In this document: one piece after another, positions 63,274 to 64,000 of the stretch
Numbering within the stretch: position 1 is the first letter of the stretch
Layout: the number at the start of each line of letters is the position of its first letter
Assembly (NCBI GenBank): GCA_938084745.1
Contig: CALKEZ010000001.1
Span: forward strand, 1,127-65,126
Reading direction: 5' to 3'
Origin: an uncultured Gammaproteobacteria bacterium
GTDB lineage: Bacteria; Pseudomonadota; Gammaproteobacteria; Eutrophobiales; Eutrophobiaceae
Length of the DNA stretch: 64,000 nt
Notes under the pieces: model-generated
What the model saw: only the letters and a program-made list of their open reading frames with translations
Told to the model about the DNA's origin: nothing
Database searches by the model: none
Made by a program: the position numbers and the translations under genes

Positions 63274-64000
63274 GGTCTAAAGCGATTGATGACATCCAGT
63301 AAACGCTCATCAGTCGGCGTGTCTTTGAGAGCAGTATCCCATACTTGCTTTGCTGCCTGTTTATCACCCATTACCCAGAGTACTTCTCCAAGATGAGCTG
63401 CAATTTCAGGATCGTTTCTCAATTCAAGCGCCTTCTTTAAATATTCAACCGCTTCATCTAATCGGCCAAGACGATATAAGACCCAACCCATACTATCGAG
63501 GATGTAAAAATCAGTAGGACTTAATTCATAAGCCCGTTTCACATAATCGTAGGCTTCTTCATATCGATCAGTTCGATCAGCCAGTGTATAACCCAATGCG
63601 TTTAATGCCGTCGCATTATCAGCGTCTTCCGCAATGATAGCCCTGAGGTCTGCTTCCAGTATATCCATGTTGCCCATTTTTTCAGCCAGCATGGCACGCG
63701 AGTAAAGAATATCCGGATGACTTTCCTCTTCTATCGCCTTATCAAAAAACGCCATTGCCTGTTCATAGCGCTTGGCATCGATCAGGATTTCACCTTCGGC
63801 CTGAATGAGGATCAGGCGATTTGAGTCTTTGCCTTTTTGTATCGCATGGATGTTTTCCAATGCCTTATCAACATCACCTTGTTTAGCAAGTACCAGACTC
63901 AGACGAATACGTGCATCCAGATAATTTTCACCACCATGAACACCTTGGTATAAGTCACTGGCCTTATCAAACTCCTTCTTTTCTTCAGCGATTCGGCCCA
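63270..64000 (-). CDS. TPR-repeat protein, 3' part (continues beyond window)
   Basis: Frame is open to the window edge; ALNALGYTLADR, ILDSMGWV and EIAAHLGEVLW are typical of the TPR gene upstream of lolB. Confidence 0.9.
   Translation of the reverse strand, partial: GRIAEEKKEFDKASDLYQGVHGGENYLDARIRLSLVLAKQGDVDKALENIHAIQKGKDSNRLILIQAEGEILIDAKRYEQAMAFFDKAIEEESHPDILYSRAMLAEKMGNMDILEADLRAIIAEDADNATALNALGYTLADRTDRYEEAYDYVKRAYELSPTDFYILDSMGWVLYRLGRLDEAVEYLKKALELRNDPEIAAHLGEVLWVMGDKQAAKQVWDTALKDTPTDERLLDVINRFRP

Noticed and set aside
1-64000. CRISPR arrays, IS elements, prophage genes, rRNA, riboswitches
   Set aside because: No regularly spaced repeats, transposase/integrase/phage ORFs or recognisable riboswitch cores were found by eye; a covariance-model scan would be needed to exclude weak RNA motifs

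Overview
This is a mostly core-genome window from a gammaproteobacterium; the assignment rests on gene order and protein families, and GC looks mid-40s% by eye. Conserved blocks are lptGF/pepA-holC-orf-valS-cysE, an IscR-headed SUF Fe-S operon (sufA,B,C,D,S,U,T, then a Rieske ferredoxin), ndk-rlmN-pilW-rodZ-hisS-yfgM-bamB-der (ispG is absent from its usual slot), bamC-dapA/gcvR-bcp-phoH, queG, rpe-gph-trpEGDC and TPR-lolB-ispE-tRNA-Gln-prs-rplY-pth-ychF. Two accessory blocks interrupt the core. The first (24.9-28.2 kb) is a Tat-exported GMC dehydrogenase pair facing a porin. The second (44.7-58.2 kb) holds an uncharacterised five-gene peptide ligase/peptidase operon (C39-like, RLAN-RimK ATP-grasp, GCS2 ligase, N-formylglutamate amidohydrolase-like, M42-like) and a cyanate ABC transporter-cyanase operon under a divergent PAS sigma-54 activator, whose promoter, IHF site and triple palindromic UAS can be read from the DNA. 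The best non-coding discovery is an unannotated ~90-nt candidate sRNA at 35.15-35.25 kb (minus strand), with a sigma-54 promoter, an IHF-like site, NtrC-like boxes, anti-Shine-Dalgarno C-rich motifs and a strong intrinsic terminator. I saw no CRISPR arrays, rRNA, transposases or integrases. All family assignments come from motif recognition and synteny, not from database searches.
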